Positions 34,989 through 44,287 of a stretch of DNA of 64,000 bases are shown in pieces. The translations under genes were made by a program, and so were the position numbers. The stretch's first letter is position 1; every line of letters begins with the position of its first letter. Under the pieces are notes generated by a model. That model saw nothing but the letters and a program-made list of their open reading frames with translations. It had not been told where the DNA came from and made no database searches. The DNA comes from Candidatus Solibacter usitatus (GTDB lineage: Bacteria > Acidobacteriota > Terriglobia > Bryobacterales > Bryobacteraceae): assembly GCA_016185465.1 (NCBI GenBank), contig JACPNO010000059.1, positions 635 through 64,634 on the forward strand. The letters are read 5' to 3'.

Positions 34989-35948
34989 TCACGCCGGCAC
35001 GAACGGGCGCAGGAATTGGTGGGCCAGGCGAAATCCAGTCTTGTACTCTTCGCTGAAGTCGTCATCGCGATAAGGCCAGCCGTACAGGTCGTCCTCATGC
35101 TCGATGTTCATCGCACCCTGGTAACCGGCGTCCATCAGCACCGTGAAAAACGCCGGCCAGTCGATTGACCCCAGGCCCGGCAGCCGGTAGCGCCACCACT
35201 GCTCGTTGGTCAATGGATGGATGCCGCTCTTGCGCAAAATGTGCCAGCGCACTTCGGTGTCCTTCAGGTGAACATCGTAAATCTTGTCGATGAAGTCGCG
35301 CGCGGTCTGAATGGGATCCATCATTTGCCAGAGCAGATGGGAGGGATCATATTGCAGTCCTACGTGCGGGGAATTCCCGAAGGCATTAAAGAGCGCTTCA
35401 TAGCCGACCGGTCCGGTGGCGATATTCGGCCCGCCCGGCCAGGGTTCCCACAGAATGCGCACATGATGTTTTTCGCAGAGCGGGAAATATTTTTCCGTGT
35501 AGACCCGAACGATTTCCGCCACCTGCTGGTCCAGAGCCTTCCCCGGAATTGTGCCGGAAGATGTTCCGACGAACGGCGCCCCCATCTTGCCGGCCAGTGC
35601 AATCACCTTGCCGAAGGAAGCGTTGGCGCGGCTGCGCGCATCGGGATCGGGCGCGATATGATTTTGCACCGCCCCGATCACGGAGAGATACAAACCGGAA
35701 CTCCGCACAGCGGCCCTGGCCTTCTCTACCTGCTCGTCGGTCACGATATCGGGGTCGAGCAGCGTTTTTGGATTCGCCCACAGTCCGATGCTGCTGAAGC
35801 CTTCCTGTTTGGCGAACGCTACGTTGCCTGGAGTGTACTTGCCCAAAATACCGAGCTTGGGTTTCCAGGTGCTTCGCGGAACGCGTTGCGCATGCGCCGC
35901 GGCGGAGGCGGCCGCCGAAATCAGCAGACTGCGTCGAGTGAGAGTCAT
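34989..35948 (-). CDS. Tat-exported sugar phosphate isomerase/epimerase (xylose-isomerase-like TIM barrel)
   Basis: Twin-arginine signal MTLTRRSLLISAAASAAAHA and TIM-barrel motifs (ILWEPWPG, NIEHED). Confidence 0.75.
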   Translation of the reverse strand: MTLTRRSLLISAAASAAAHAQRVPRSTWKPKLGILGKYTPGNVAFAKQEGFSSIGLWANPKTLLDPDIVTDEQVEKARAAVRSSGLYLSVIGAVQNHIAPDPDARSRANASFGKVIALAGKMGAPFVGTSSGTIPGKALDQQVAEIVRVYTEKYFPLCEKHHVRILWEPWPGGPNIATGPVGYEALFNAFGNSPHVGLQYDPSHLLWQMMDPIQTARDFIDKIYDVHLKDTEVRWHILRKSGIHPLTNEQWWRYRLPGLGSIDWPAFFTVLMDAGYQGAMNIEHEDDLYGWPYRDDDFSEEYKTGFRLAHQFLRPFVPA

Positions 35949-35957
35949 GAGGTTATC

Positions 35958-37562
35958 TTACTGCCGGTGAACGATCCGGCCGTCGAAGACCGTCATCCAA
36001 ACCCGTGTAGCGTGAATGTGCGCGGGATCGATGGTGAACAGATTACTGGTGAGAACCACGATATCGGCCAGCATCCCCGGCGCGATCGCGCCCTTGGTCT
36101 GGTCTTCGAAAGAAGCATAGGCCGCCGCCGTGGTGTAGCCGCGCAGCGCCGTTTCGAGCGACACGCGCTGCTGGGGAATCCATCCTCCAAGCGGCTTTCC
36201 TTGGGCGGTTTGACGCGTGACGGCGGTGTGAATTCCACGAATCGGATCAAGGCTTATGGACGCGGGAAAGTCGCTGCTGAACACCAGGCGCGCGCCGGCT
36301 TGCTCGAGCGTCTTCCACGCAAAGCCCCGGCTGGTGCGGTCCGGACCAATGGCGTTGCTCCAGACATCGGGTGTCTCAGGATCAGCATGAATAGGCATCA
36401 TGGAGGCCAGCACGCCGAGTTTGGCGAAGCGCGGAATATCGGCGGCGGCAACAGTCTCGATGTGCTCGATGCGAAAGCGCGCGTCGTGGGGGCCGTTGCG
36501 CCGGAATGCTTCTTCATAGGCGTTTAAGGTCATTCGCACGGCGCCGTCGCCGATGGCGTGGGTCATTACTTGCCAGCCCTCGCGATCGCATTGGGCTACG
36601 AGATCGTTCAACTGCTGCTGCGAGTAATTCGGCTTGCCCGTGCTCGACGGCAAGTCGCTGTAAGCGTCCAGCATCGCCGCCGTGTGGGTCTCAATCACGC
36701 CGTCCATGAAAATCTTAATGGCACTGGCATGGACCAGCGGATCGCGCGCAGCCGGTTTCAGATCGGCTTTCGATCCCACCGAAATGGCCATCGCCACACG
36801 CAGGGTAAGCTCGCTGCGCAGTTCCTCGAAGAGCGATAAATCGTCGCGGCTGCCGTTGGCGTTCTGAATACTAGTGATACCCAGGGATGCAGCCTCGCGG
36901 AGCGCCTGCCGCAGGGCGGCCAACTTACGCGCGCGCGAAGGTTCAGGAATCACTTTGGAAACCAGCGACATTGCGCTTTCTTTCAGAACGCCGGTGGCTT
37001 CGCCGGTCGCCGCATCGCGCACGATTTCGCCCATCCCGGAAACTTGAAAAGCGCGCGTGACTCCAGCTATCGCCAGCGCCTTGGAGTTTGCCCAGGCGGT
37101 GTGCCCGTCATACGATCGCATCCACACCGGGCGATCTTTCACCGCGGCGTCCAACTGCTGGCGCGTGGGCAGGTTGCCCGGCAGATAGGAATATTCCCAG
37201 CCGCCGCCTGTAATCCACGGCTCATCGGGATGAGCGCGCGCAAAATCGCGTATGCGCTGCTGCATGGCTTCAAGCGAACGGGCGCCGTTGAGATCTACTT
37301 CAAATTTGCGCAGCGCGGTTCCCAGGAAATGAACGTGAGCGTCGTTGAAGCCGGGAAGCGCAAGCCGCCCGTCCAGATCGATGACCTTCGTATTCTCTCC
37401 GATGGTCTTGGCAATCGCCTGGCTGGAGCCAACTTCGCGAATGGTGTTGCCTTCAATAGACACTGCCTCCGCCCAGGGCTGGTCCGCGCGCGCGGTCCAG
37501 ATGCGGCCGTGGGTAAGGACCAGATCGGCATCGGCCAGAAAAAATAGCAGGCACCAGAACAT
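35958..37562 (-). CDS. amidohydrolase-family metal-dependent hydrolase (YtcJ-like)
   Basis: ORF 35958..37763 trimmed to ATG 37562. DLVLTHGRIWT, PGFNDAHVHF metal-binding HxH, later HAIGD and SDFP. Confidence 0.8.
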   Translation of the reverse strand: MFWCLLFFLADADLVLTHGRIWTARADQPWAEAVSIEGNTIREVGSSQAIAKTIGENTKVIDLDGRLALPGFNDAHVHFLGTALRKFEVDLNGARSLEAMQQRIRDFARAHPDEPWITGGGWEYSYLPGNLPTRQQLDAAVKDRPVWMRSYDGHTAWANSKALAIAGVTRAFQVSGMGEIVRDAATGEATGVLKESAMSLVSKVIPEPSRARKLAALRQALREAASLGITSIQNANGSRDDLSLFEELRSELTLRVAMAISVGSKADLKPAARDPLVHASAIKIFMDGVIETHTAAMLDAYSDLPSSTGKPNYSQQQLNDLVAQCDREGWQVMTHAIGDGAVRMTLNAYEEAFRRNGPHDARFRIEHIETVAAADIPRFAKLGVLASMMPIHADPETPDVWSNAIGPDRTSRGFAWKTLEQAGARLVFSSDFPASISLDPIRGIHTAVTRQTAQGKPLGGWIPQQRVSLETALRGYTTAAAYASFEDQTKGAIAPGMLADIVVLTSNLFTIDPAHIHATRVWMTVFDGRIVHRQ

Positions 37563-37596
37563 GGGGATAGTATGATGCAAATTTCGAGGAGGTCGC

Positions 37597-38412
37597 GTGC
37601 CAGGCATATTTCGCGAGAATCTACTGCGGGGCAAAGTCGCGCTGCTCACCGGCGGGGGCAGCGGCATTTGCCGGCGCATTGCCGAGCGCTTTGCCGAACA
37701 AGGCGCCAAAGTGGCCTTAGTCGGACGTACGCAAAGCAAACTGGATGACGCAGCTGGCGCCATTCGCGCGACAGGCGGCGAGGCGGTTGGCTTTGCGGCC
37801 GATGTGCGCGATTACGCGGCGCTCGAGCGCGCCATGCAGCAAACTCGCGAACAGTTCGGTGAAATCGATATCCTGCTGTGCGGCGCGGCAGGCAATTTTC
37901 CGGCGGCCGCGCTGGGCATGTCGGCCAACGGATTCAAAGCCGTCATCGACATCGACTTGCTAGGCACATTCAACACGTGCCGCGCGGCGTACGAACATCT
38001 GCGCAAGCCCGGCGCTTCGGTGGTGGCGATCTCCGCGACTCATGCGTTCCGTCCCATCGCCTGGCAATCGCACGTGTGCGCCGGCAAGGCGGGCGTCGAC
38101 ATCCTCATCAAGACGCTGGCTATCGAGTGGGGGCCGCAAGTACGCCTTAACATCGTCACGCCCGGACCGGTGGCTGACACCGAAGGCATGCGCCGCTTGA
38201 GCCCGACCGAGGAGATCAAGCAGCGCCTCACCGACTCGATTCCGCTGAAGCGCTTTGCCACCAAAGACGAGATCGCCGATCTCGCGCTGTTCTTGTGTTC
38301 GGATTCCGCGCAGTATATTACCGGCGCGGTTTTCGTGTGCGACGGCGGGTCGTCGCTGGGCGGCGGAATGGCAGCAGTGTGGCAGGTCCCCGACCTGCCG
38401 ACGTCGACTTAA
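37597..38412 (+). CDS. short-chain dehydrogenase/reductase (2,4-dienoyl-CoA-reductase-like); the last ~11 codons are encoded by repeat copy 2
   Basis: GTG start with GAGGAGG 4 nt upstream. TGGGSGICRRIA, NAAG-like CGAAGNF, and an active-site region with K. The C-terminal ..AAVWQVPDLPTST* is read from the palindromic element. Confidence 0.85.
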   Translation: MPGIFRENLLRGKVALLTGGGSGICRRIAERFAEQGAKVALVGRTQSKLDDAAGAIRATGGEAVGFAADVRDYAALERAMQQTREQFGEIDILLCGAAGNFPAAALGMSANGFKAVIDIDLLGTFNTCRAAYEHLRKPGASVVAISATHAFRPIAWQSHVCAGKAGVDILIKTLAIEWGPQVRLNIVTPGPVADTEGMRRLSPTEEIKQRLTDSIPLKRFATKDEIADLALFLCSDSAQYITGAVFVCDGGSSLGGGMAAVWQVPDLPTST

Positions 38413-38443
38413 ATGGGGAATCGGCAGGTCGGGGACCTGCCAC
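38378..38443. repeat. nested palindromic repeat element, copy 2
   Basis: GTGGCAGGTCCCCGACCTGCC, a 23-nt spacer, then GGCAGGTCGGGGACCTGCCAC: a perfect 21-bp inverted repeat. It overlaps the SDR stop codon at 38410-38412. Confidence 0.9.
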
Positions 38444-38488
38444 ACGATTGGCTTGCTCGAGCCAGTCCAATATGGTACGGTGGTCACG

Positions 38489-39979
38489 ATGTTGCCATCC
38501 CCGCGACTCGATGCTGCCTCTGAAGTGCCCCTGTATCGCCAATTACATGCGCACTTTACCGAGTTGATCCGGTCTGGTTCCCTCAAGAAGGGCGAAAGGC
38601 TGCCAGCCACTCGGGAATTGGCTGGCTCTCTTGGACTGAACAGAACTACTGTCTCCGCCGCCTACGAACTGCTCGAATCGGAAGGCCTGATCAGCGGACA
38701 AGTGGGGCGTGGCAGTTTCGTGGCCGGCGGGCAAGTCGAAATCTCAGCGGGCCTGGATTGGGATGAGTTGCTGGCTCCTCTGCTAGCCACGCCGCCCGCG
38801 CCGCCTTCCGGACAAACGGACATCATCAGCTTTGCTTCGTCGCGCCCGGCCGCGGAATTGTTTCCGGTCGATGCTTTTCGCGTGAGCTGCGAAGAAGTCA
38901 TGGCCAGCGCCGAATTCCCGGCGATTTTGCAGCTCGGTTCGCCCGCTGGCTACGAACCGCTGCGCCAGTATCTGCTCGAAACCGCGCGGCGAGAGGGTGT
39001 AGCGCGGGCGGGCGACGATTTGATCGTCACCAGCGGCTGTCAGCAGGCGCTCGACCTGGCGCGGCGCGTGCTGCTGCGGCCTCGCGACGCCGCCGGCGCT
39101 CGCGTGGGACTCGAAGATCCGATTTATCCCGGCGTGAAGAACTTGTTTCTGGAAACGGGCGCGGAGATTTCCGGCATCGCCGTAGGCCCGGATGGCATGG
39201 ACACCGCGCAACTGGAGCGCGTGCTGGCGCGCGAACGGCTGCGGCTTCTGGTGGTCAGCCCGAATTTTCAGAACCCCACGGGCGCCACTCTGCCGCTGGC
39301 CGCGCGCGAATCCATCCTGCGCCAAACCCGGCAGGCCGGCACGGTGCTCATTGAAAACGATATTTACAGCGAGCTGCGCTACGAGGGCGAGTCCCTGCCC
39401 ACCATTAAGCAAATGGACGACAGCGGCGACACGATTCTGCTGCGCAGTTTTTCCAAAATCGCATTCCCGGGCCTGCGCGTCGGCTGGGCCATTGGACCGC
39501 GCCCCGTGATCGCGCGCATGATTGAAGCCAAGCAGCTCTCCGATCTGCATACCGATCAGCTAGCGCAGGCGGTGCTGCTGCGGTTCGTGCAATCGGGGCG
39601 CCTGGAAACGCACCAGACTCACATGCTGCAAACCGGCGCCGAGCGCTTGAAATCCGTGCTGGCGGCGTGCGAACGCTATTTGCCCCGGGAAACGCGTTAT
39701 ACCCGTCCGCAGGGCGGAATGAATTTATGGGTGCGCCTGCCCGAGCCGCTCGATGCGGCCGATTTGCTGGCACGCGCCCACGAAGAAGGCGTTTCGTATC
39801 TTCCTGGCAAGTTCTTTGCCATTCACCGGCAGGAACCGGGGGCGCTGCGGTTGAGCTTTGCCGGCCTCGTGCCGGAGAAGATAGAACAGGGTTTACAGAT
39901 TTTGGGACGGATATTTGCGGGCGAGCTCGAACGGATGCGCCGACAGCGCGCCGTCGAACCCGCCCCGGTCATGGTTTGA
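38489..39979 (+). CDS. MocR-family regulator (GntR wHTH fused to a fold-type-I aminotransferase-like domain), PdxR-like by context
   Basis: ORF 38255..39979 trimmed to ATG 38489. [55 protein letters not shown] is followed by an aminotransferase-like body with [14 protein letters not shown]. It lies directly upstream of pdxST. Confidence 0.8.
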   Translation: MLPSPRLDAASEVPLYRQLHAHFTELIRSGSLKKGERLPATRELAGSLGLNRTTVSAAYELLESEGLISGQVGRGSFVAGGQVEISAGLDWDELLAPLLATPPAPPSGQTDIISFASSRPAAELFPVDAFRVSCEEVMASAEFPAILQLGSPAGYEPLRQYLLETARREGVARAGDDLIVTSGCQQALDLARRVLLRPRDAAGARVGLEDPIYPGVKNLFLETGAEISGIAVGPDGMDTAQLERVLARERLRLLVVSPNFQNPTGATLPLAARESILRQTRQAGTVLIENDIYSELRYEGESLPTIKQMDDSGDTILLRSFSKIAFPGLRVGWAIGPRPVIARMIEAKQLSDLHTDQLAQAVLLRFVQSGRLETHQTHMLQTGAERLKSVLAACERYLPRETRYTRPQGGMNLWVRLPEPLDAADLLARAHEEGVSYLPGKFFAIHRQEPGALRLSFAGLVPEKIEQGLQILGRIFAGELERMRRQRAVEPAPVMV

Positions 39980-39996
39980 GTACAAGGAGAGGTTCT

Positions 39997-40881
39997 ATGT
40001 ATATAGACGAAGCTTATCGCGTAAAAGTTGGGCTGGCGGAGATGTTAAAGGGCGGCGTCATCATGGACGTCACCAATGCGGAGCAGGCGGAAATCGCGGA
40101 AAAGTCTGGAGCCACGGCAGTTATGGCGCTAGAACGGGTTCCCTCCGACATCCGCAAAGAGGGCGGCGTGGCGCGAATGGCGCCTATCTCCAAGATGCGG
40201 GAAATCATGAAAACCGTGAGCATCCCGGTGATGGCCAAGGCGCGCATCGGCCACTTCATGGAGGCTCGGATTCTCGAAGCGTTGGGCGTCGATTATATCG
40301 ATGAGAGCGAAGTGCTCACCCCGGCCGACGAAGAGCACCATATCGCCAAGCGCAATTTCAAAGTTCCTTTCGTTTGCGGCGCTCGCAATCTGGGTGAAGC
40401 GTTGCGGCGCATTGCCGAAGGCGCGGCGATGATCCGCACTAAGGGTGAGGCCGGCTCGGGCAATATCGTCGAAGCCGTGCGCCATATGCGCACGATCCAA
40501 AAAGAAATGAAGCAGCTCACGGTGCTGGGCAAGGAAGAGCTGGTGGCGGAGTCGAAGAAGCTGCAAGCGCCGTTGGAGCTGGTCGAATGGGTGGCGGAAC
40601 ACGGCAAGCTGCCCGTGCCGAATTTCTCGGCGGGCGGAATTGCCACCCCGGCCGATGCAGCGCTGGTGATGCAGTTGGGCGCCGAAGCCGTTTTCGTCGG
40701 CTCGGGCATCTTCAAGTCGTCCGATCCCGAAGCCCGCGCTCGCGCCGTGGTGAAGGCGGCAACCTACTTCAACGACCCCGTGAAATTGCTCGAAGCCAGC
40801 GAAGACCTGGGCATGGGAATGGTGGGCCTGGATATTTCGAAGATGCAGGAATCGGAGCTGCTGCAGACCCGAGGCTGGTAG
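39997..40881 (+). CDS. pdxS: pyridoxal 5'-phosphate synthase, lyase subunit PdxS
   Basis: ORF 39667..40881 trimmed to ATG 39997 (AAGGAGAG upstream). [46 protein letters not shown]. Confidence 0.93.
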   Translation: MYIDEAYRVKVGLAEMLKGGVIMDVTNAEQAEIAEKSGATAVMALERVPSDIRKEGGVARMAPISKMREIMKTVSIPVMAKARIGHFMEARILEALGVDYIDESEVLTPADEEHHIAKRNFKVPFVCGARNLGEALRRIAEGAAMIRTKGEAGSGNIVEAVRHMRTIQKEMKQLTVLGKEELVAESKKLQAPLELVEWVAEHGKLPVPNFSAGGIATPADAALVMQLGAEAVFVGSGIFKSSDPEARARAVVKAATYFNDPVKLLEASEDLGMGMVGLDISKMQESELLQTRGW

Positions 40882-41460
40882 ATGAAGAAGGTCGGCGTGC
40901 TCGCCTTACAGGGCGATTTCGAAGCTCACGCCCGCGCGCTCGAACGTGCGGGCGCGCAGCCCGTCGAAGCACGCACTGCCGCCGACCTGGACGATCTCGA
41001 TGGCCTGGTAATCCCGGGCGGTGAGAGCACGACCATGCTCAAACTGCTCAATCGCGAAAATATGATCGAGCCGCTGGCGCAGTTTGGCAGCCGGCGGCCG
41101 ATTTTTGGGACCTGCGCCGGCGCCATCCTTATGGCTTCGGAAGTCACCAGCCCGGCGCAGCAAAGCCTGCACTTGATGGACATCGCCGTCGAGCGCAATG
41201 CCTACGGGCGGCAGATCGATAGCCGCGTCGCCCATATTTCGCCGGAATCGGAATTTGAAACACGGACTCATCCCGGCGAGCTCGAAGCGATTTTCATTCG
41301 AGCTCCCATTATCCAGCGCGTGGGGCCAGGTGTCCGCGTGCTCGCTACCTATCAGGGAGATCCGGTGCTGGTCGAGCAGGGCCAGCACCTGGTCGCCACT
41401 TTTCATCCCGAACTCACCCAGGACGCGCGGGTGCACGAGCTGTTTCTCGCCAAATTGTGA
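40882..41460 (+). CDS. pdxT: pyridoxal 5'-phosphate synthase, glutaminase subunit PdxT
   Basis: GVLALQGDF, GTCAGAI active-site Cys, ATFHPELT. Confidence 0.92.
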   Translation: MKKVGVLALQGDFEAHARALERAGAQPVEARTAADLDDLDGLVIPGGESTTMLKLLNRENMIEPLAQFGSRRPIFGTCAGAILMASEVTSPAQQSLHLMDIAVERNAYGRQIDSRVAHISPESEFETRTHPGELEAIFIRAPIIQRVGPGVRVLATYQGDPVLVEQGQHLVATFHPELTQDARVHELFLAKL

Positions 41461-41873
41461 GCTCCTCCCGGCCCAAGCGGGTGATGTTCGTCTGCATCGG
41501 CAACTCCTGCCGCAGCCAGATGGCGGAGGGATTCGCCCGCGCCTACGGGATGGACGTCATGGCGCCCGAAAGTTCCGGTTTGTCGCCGGCCCAGTCCGTA
41601 GCCCGCGGCACGGTGCGCACGATGGCGGCGAAGAACATCGATATTTCCGCCCAATTCCCCAAGCCGTTTGAGCCCGCTCTCGCCTCCGAATTCGACCTCA
41701 TCATCAATATGAGCGGCTTCGAATTGCCGGGCGAGCTCCAGGCGCGGACTCGGGATTGGGATGTTTTAGATCCGATCGGCCAGTCGGCGGAGGTTTATCG
41801 CCACGTCTGCGATGAAATTGAAGTTCTGGTGATGGATCTGATCAGCGAACTGCGGCGCGAACAGACGCCGTAG
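41457..41873 (+). CDS. low-molecular-weight phosphotyrosine phosphatase / ArsC (LMWP) family protein
   Basis: P-loop VMFVCIGNSCRSQMAEG (CX5R), 138 aa. Confidence 0.8.
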   Translation: MSSSRPKRVMFVCIGNSCRSQMAEGFARAYGMDVMAPESSGLSPAQSVARGTVRTMAAKNIDISAQFPKPFEPALASEFDLIINMSGFELPGELQARTRDWDVLDPIGQSAEVYRHVCDEIEVLVMDLISELRREQTP

Positions 41874-41911
41874 ACCGGTACTAAGGAGGGGCGAAAAGGA
41901 CTACGGGGTTT

Positions 41912-41946
41912 GGCCGACCCCTACTTGCGCCGGGTTGGGCCTTTTC
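41912..41946 (+). terminator. possible intrinsic terminator
   Basis: An imperfect GC-rich hairpin GGCCGACCC...GGGTTGGGCC is followed by TTTTCG. Confidence 0.35.
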
Positions 41947-42001
41947 GTAATAATACAGGCACACGGTTGCAGCAGTTGAGTTGAGACTAGAGGAGGCGTT
42001 T

Positions 42002-42337
42002 GTGCCTGCCGCTCCAAAATCCGTATTGGTAGGTGCTCTCTCGGCTTGCGCCGACGAGTCGCAGAAGCGTGAGGCACGACGGTTCCTGCAGGGTCTGGCC
42101 ACCGATGAGCTGCAGTATATTGCCGAATTCCTGGGCGCCTGCATCCTGGAATCGCAAGGTCATGTCAGTAGCAGCCGGACTCAACTGGCGGAGGCCATCC
42201 GGCAATTCGACCGCTCCCGGCGCGCGGTTCCGGCAGCGGCCGGCGCAGTGCAGGATCAGGAACACAAGATGATTCTGCTGCTGGAATATCTTTGCCGCAG
42301 CGGCCGCGCCCGTTTCTCGATGAGCGTCGGCGCCTGA
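42002..42337 (+). CDS. hypothetical protein (111 aa), no domain recognised
   Basis: ORF 41981..42337 trimmed to GTG 42002 (GAGGAGG 5 nt upstream). Helical-looking sequence ...RRFLQGLATDELQYIAEFLGACILESQ.... Confidence 0.45.
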   Translation: MPAAPKSVLVGALSACADESQKREARRFLQGLATDELQYIAEFLGACILESQGHVSSSRTQLAEAIRQFDRSRRAVPAAAGAVQDQEHKMILLLEYLCRSGRARFSMSVGA

Positions 42338-42386
42338 GCGTTTCGCACGGCATCGCCAAACGGCGATGGTAAAATAAATCAGCCAC

Positions 42387-42460
42387 TGGGACGTCGTCTA
42401 ACGGTAAGACTGCAGACTCTGGATCTGCGTATCGGGGTTCGAATCCCTGCGTCCCAGCCA
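42387..42460 (+). tRNA. tRNA-Gln (anticodon CTG), CCA encoded
   Basis: Folded by hand. Acceptor TGGGACG/CGTCCCA, D arm GTCT-AACGGTA-AGAC, anticodon arm GCAGA-CTCTGGA-TCTGC (CTG at 34-36), 4-nt variable loop, T arm CGGGG-TTCGAAT-CCCTG, discriminator G, CCA. Total 74 nt. Confidence 0.9.
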
Positions 42461-42472
42461 AAGAATCAACGT

Positions 42473-43945
42473 TCACTTCAAGCGTGGGAAACTCGCGCCA
42501 CACTTGACTATTTCCATGACGCGCGGGACCTTATAGTTCGCTAGCCGCTCGCGGCAGAAAACCACCAACTCTTCCGGCTCACACGGGCCCGAGCACACGA
42601 CAACGGCCTTCGCCACCTGGTTCCCGTAGGCGTCTGCCATCGGCACGATGGAAACTTTCTGGACTTTAGGGTGACTGAGGATCACCGCCTCCACCTGGGC
42701 GGGATTCACGCGGCGGCCGGCGATGTTAAGAAACAGGCTGGTCCGGCCGGTTACATACAGCCGGCCTTCCAAGTCGAAGCGCCCTTCGTCCGCCATAAGA
42801 ATCCATCCCTGGTCGTCGGCGAGTTTCTTGAGCTCCGTTGGGCCCGCGTCGAGAGTTGCCGACCAACCCGCGGCCGCCGGACTCTTGACCGCAATCTCAC
42901 CCTGCGCGCCAGCAGGCAAGTCACGCCCCGCTGCGTCGCGAATTGCCACAGCGACGCCGCTCAGCGGCCGTCCGACCGACTCGATGCTCTCCTCCGGCCT
43001 GGCGTCCATGTTGATTGCGACCACACCGGTTTCGGAAGCGCCATACAGCTGGCGCAAAGAAATGCCCAAAGTGTCGCGCACTTTGTGCCAGGCCGCGCGA
43101 TCCAGCGGAGCGCCCGCCGTGATGGTCAACCGCAAGTGAGGAGAGGCAAACGGCTCCCGCCGTAGCGTGCCGGCAAGCAGAGAAAACATGAAAGGCGGCG
43201 CGGAGAAAACCGTGATCCGTTCGTCCTCGAGGAGACGCAGAGTTCGTCGCCGGTCGAAAGCCGGCTGCAGGATCAAGGTGGCGCCCGAATAGAGTGGCGC
43301 CAGGAATCCATTACACAATCCGTGGCCGTGATAGAGCGGGATTGCGCCCAGAATGCGATCGTCCGCTGAGATGCTGGTGGCGTCGCAGTAGGCTGCGGCC
43401 AATGCGCAGAGCGCCGCCTGCGTGCGGACAATCCGTTTAGGCTGCCCGGTGGTGCCTGAAGTAAGTAGCTGCATGAACGGGGCGCCGCTCGCACTCGATT
43501 GCTTCCCGGCGATCGGACTATCGGCGGCCAGGCGCGCCAGGCTCGGCATGCCAAAGTCTTCGCGCGAATTCTGGATGGCGCGAAACCTCACGCCGCTAGC
43601 GAGAATCTGCCGAACCAGGTCAGAGAGCGAATCGGCCGCGAGCAGGGTACGGCACTGCGCCGCCTCGAGCACGCTCACGACTTCGGGAGCTTTGAGATCG
43701 ACGCCCAGTGGAAGCACTTGGGCTCCAATGCGCGCCGAAGCCAGCATGGCGGCCATCAGCATGGGGCTGTTCGGCAGCAGCACGGCGACGGCTTCGCCCT
43801 CTTCAACTCCCCACGCGCGAAGGCCGCCCGCCAGCCGCGCCGCCTGCTCGAAAAGTTCACGCCAGGTAATGGAGGCGTCTTCGCAGATCACCGCGGCGTG
43901 GGAGGCCCGGTCAAGAGACTGGCGCTCCAGCAATTCGAACAGCAT
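42473..43945 (-). CDS. ANL-superfamily adenylating enzyme (acyl-AMP/acyl-CoA or acyl-ACP ligase)
   Basis: LTSGTTGQPKRIV (A3), YGASETG (A5), GRTSLFLNIAGRRVNPAQVE (A8), YKVPR (A10). Confidence 0.85.
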   Translation of the reverse strand: MLFELLERQSLDRASHAAVICEDASITWRELFEQAARLAGGLRAWGVEEGEAVAVLLPNSPMLMAAMLASARIGAQVLPLGVDLKAPEVVSVLEAAQCRTLLAADSLSDLVRQILASGVRFRAIQNSREDFGMPSLARLAADSPIAGKQSSASGAPFMQLLTSGTTGQPKRIVRTQAALCALAAAYCDATSISADDRILGAIPLYHGHGLCNGFLAPLYSGATLILQPAFDRRRTLRLLEDERITVFSAPPFMFSLLAGTLRREPFASPHLRLTITAGAPLDRAAWHKVRDTLGISLRQLYGASETGVVAINMDARPEESIESVGRPLSGVAVAIRDAAGRDLPAGAQGEIAVKSPAAAGWSATLDAGPTELKKLADDQGWILMADEGRFDLEGRLYVTGRTSLFLNIAGRRVNPAQVEAVILSHPKVQKVSIVPMADAYGNQVAKAVVVCSGPCEPEELVVFCRERLANYKVPRVMEIVKCGASFPRLK

Positions 43946-43951
43946 CGATCT

Positions 43952-44242
43952 TCAGGCGGTCGCCGCGGCTTGCCGCGAAATCTGCTGCTGCACAGCCCGG
44001 GCGAGTGAGCCGAGCGACTCGAAGTGTTCCAGAGTCAGCACGCCATCGTCGAGCAGGATATTGAATTCGCCTTCAATGCGCACCACCACTTCCAGCAGCG
44101 CGACGGAGTCGAGCGAAAGGCCAGCCTTCACCAGCGGCAGATCGGAACCAAGCTGTTCCGGCACTACCGAGTCCTGCATTACGGCCCGGAGAATCTCTTT
44201 AATACGTTCCTCGACAACTTCCACGGTGGGGCTGATCAACAT
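43952..44242 (-). CDS. acyl carrier protein (dedicated)
   Basis: 96 aa with the phosphopantetheine attachment context GLSLDSVALLEVV. It sits 6 nt upstream of the ligase gene. Confidence 0.8.
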   Translation of the reverse strand: MLISPTVEVVEERIKEILRAVMQDSVVPEQLGSDLPLVKAGLSLDSVALLEVVVRIEGEFNILLDDGVLTLEHFESLGSLARAVQQQISRQAAATA

Positions 44243-44287
44243 GATGGCCTACCATTTTGTCAGACTGACCGGAATGCTGCACGTCAT

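Noticed and set aside
35217-36527. 436-aa plus-strand ORF
   Set aside because: It is antisense to the TIM-barrel isomerase and amidohydrolase genes. No motifs are present and the composition is Arg/Gly-rich.
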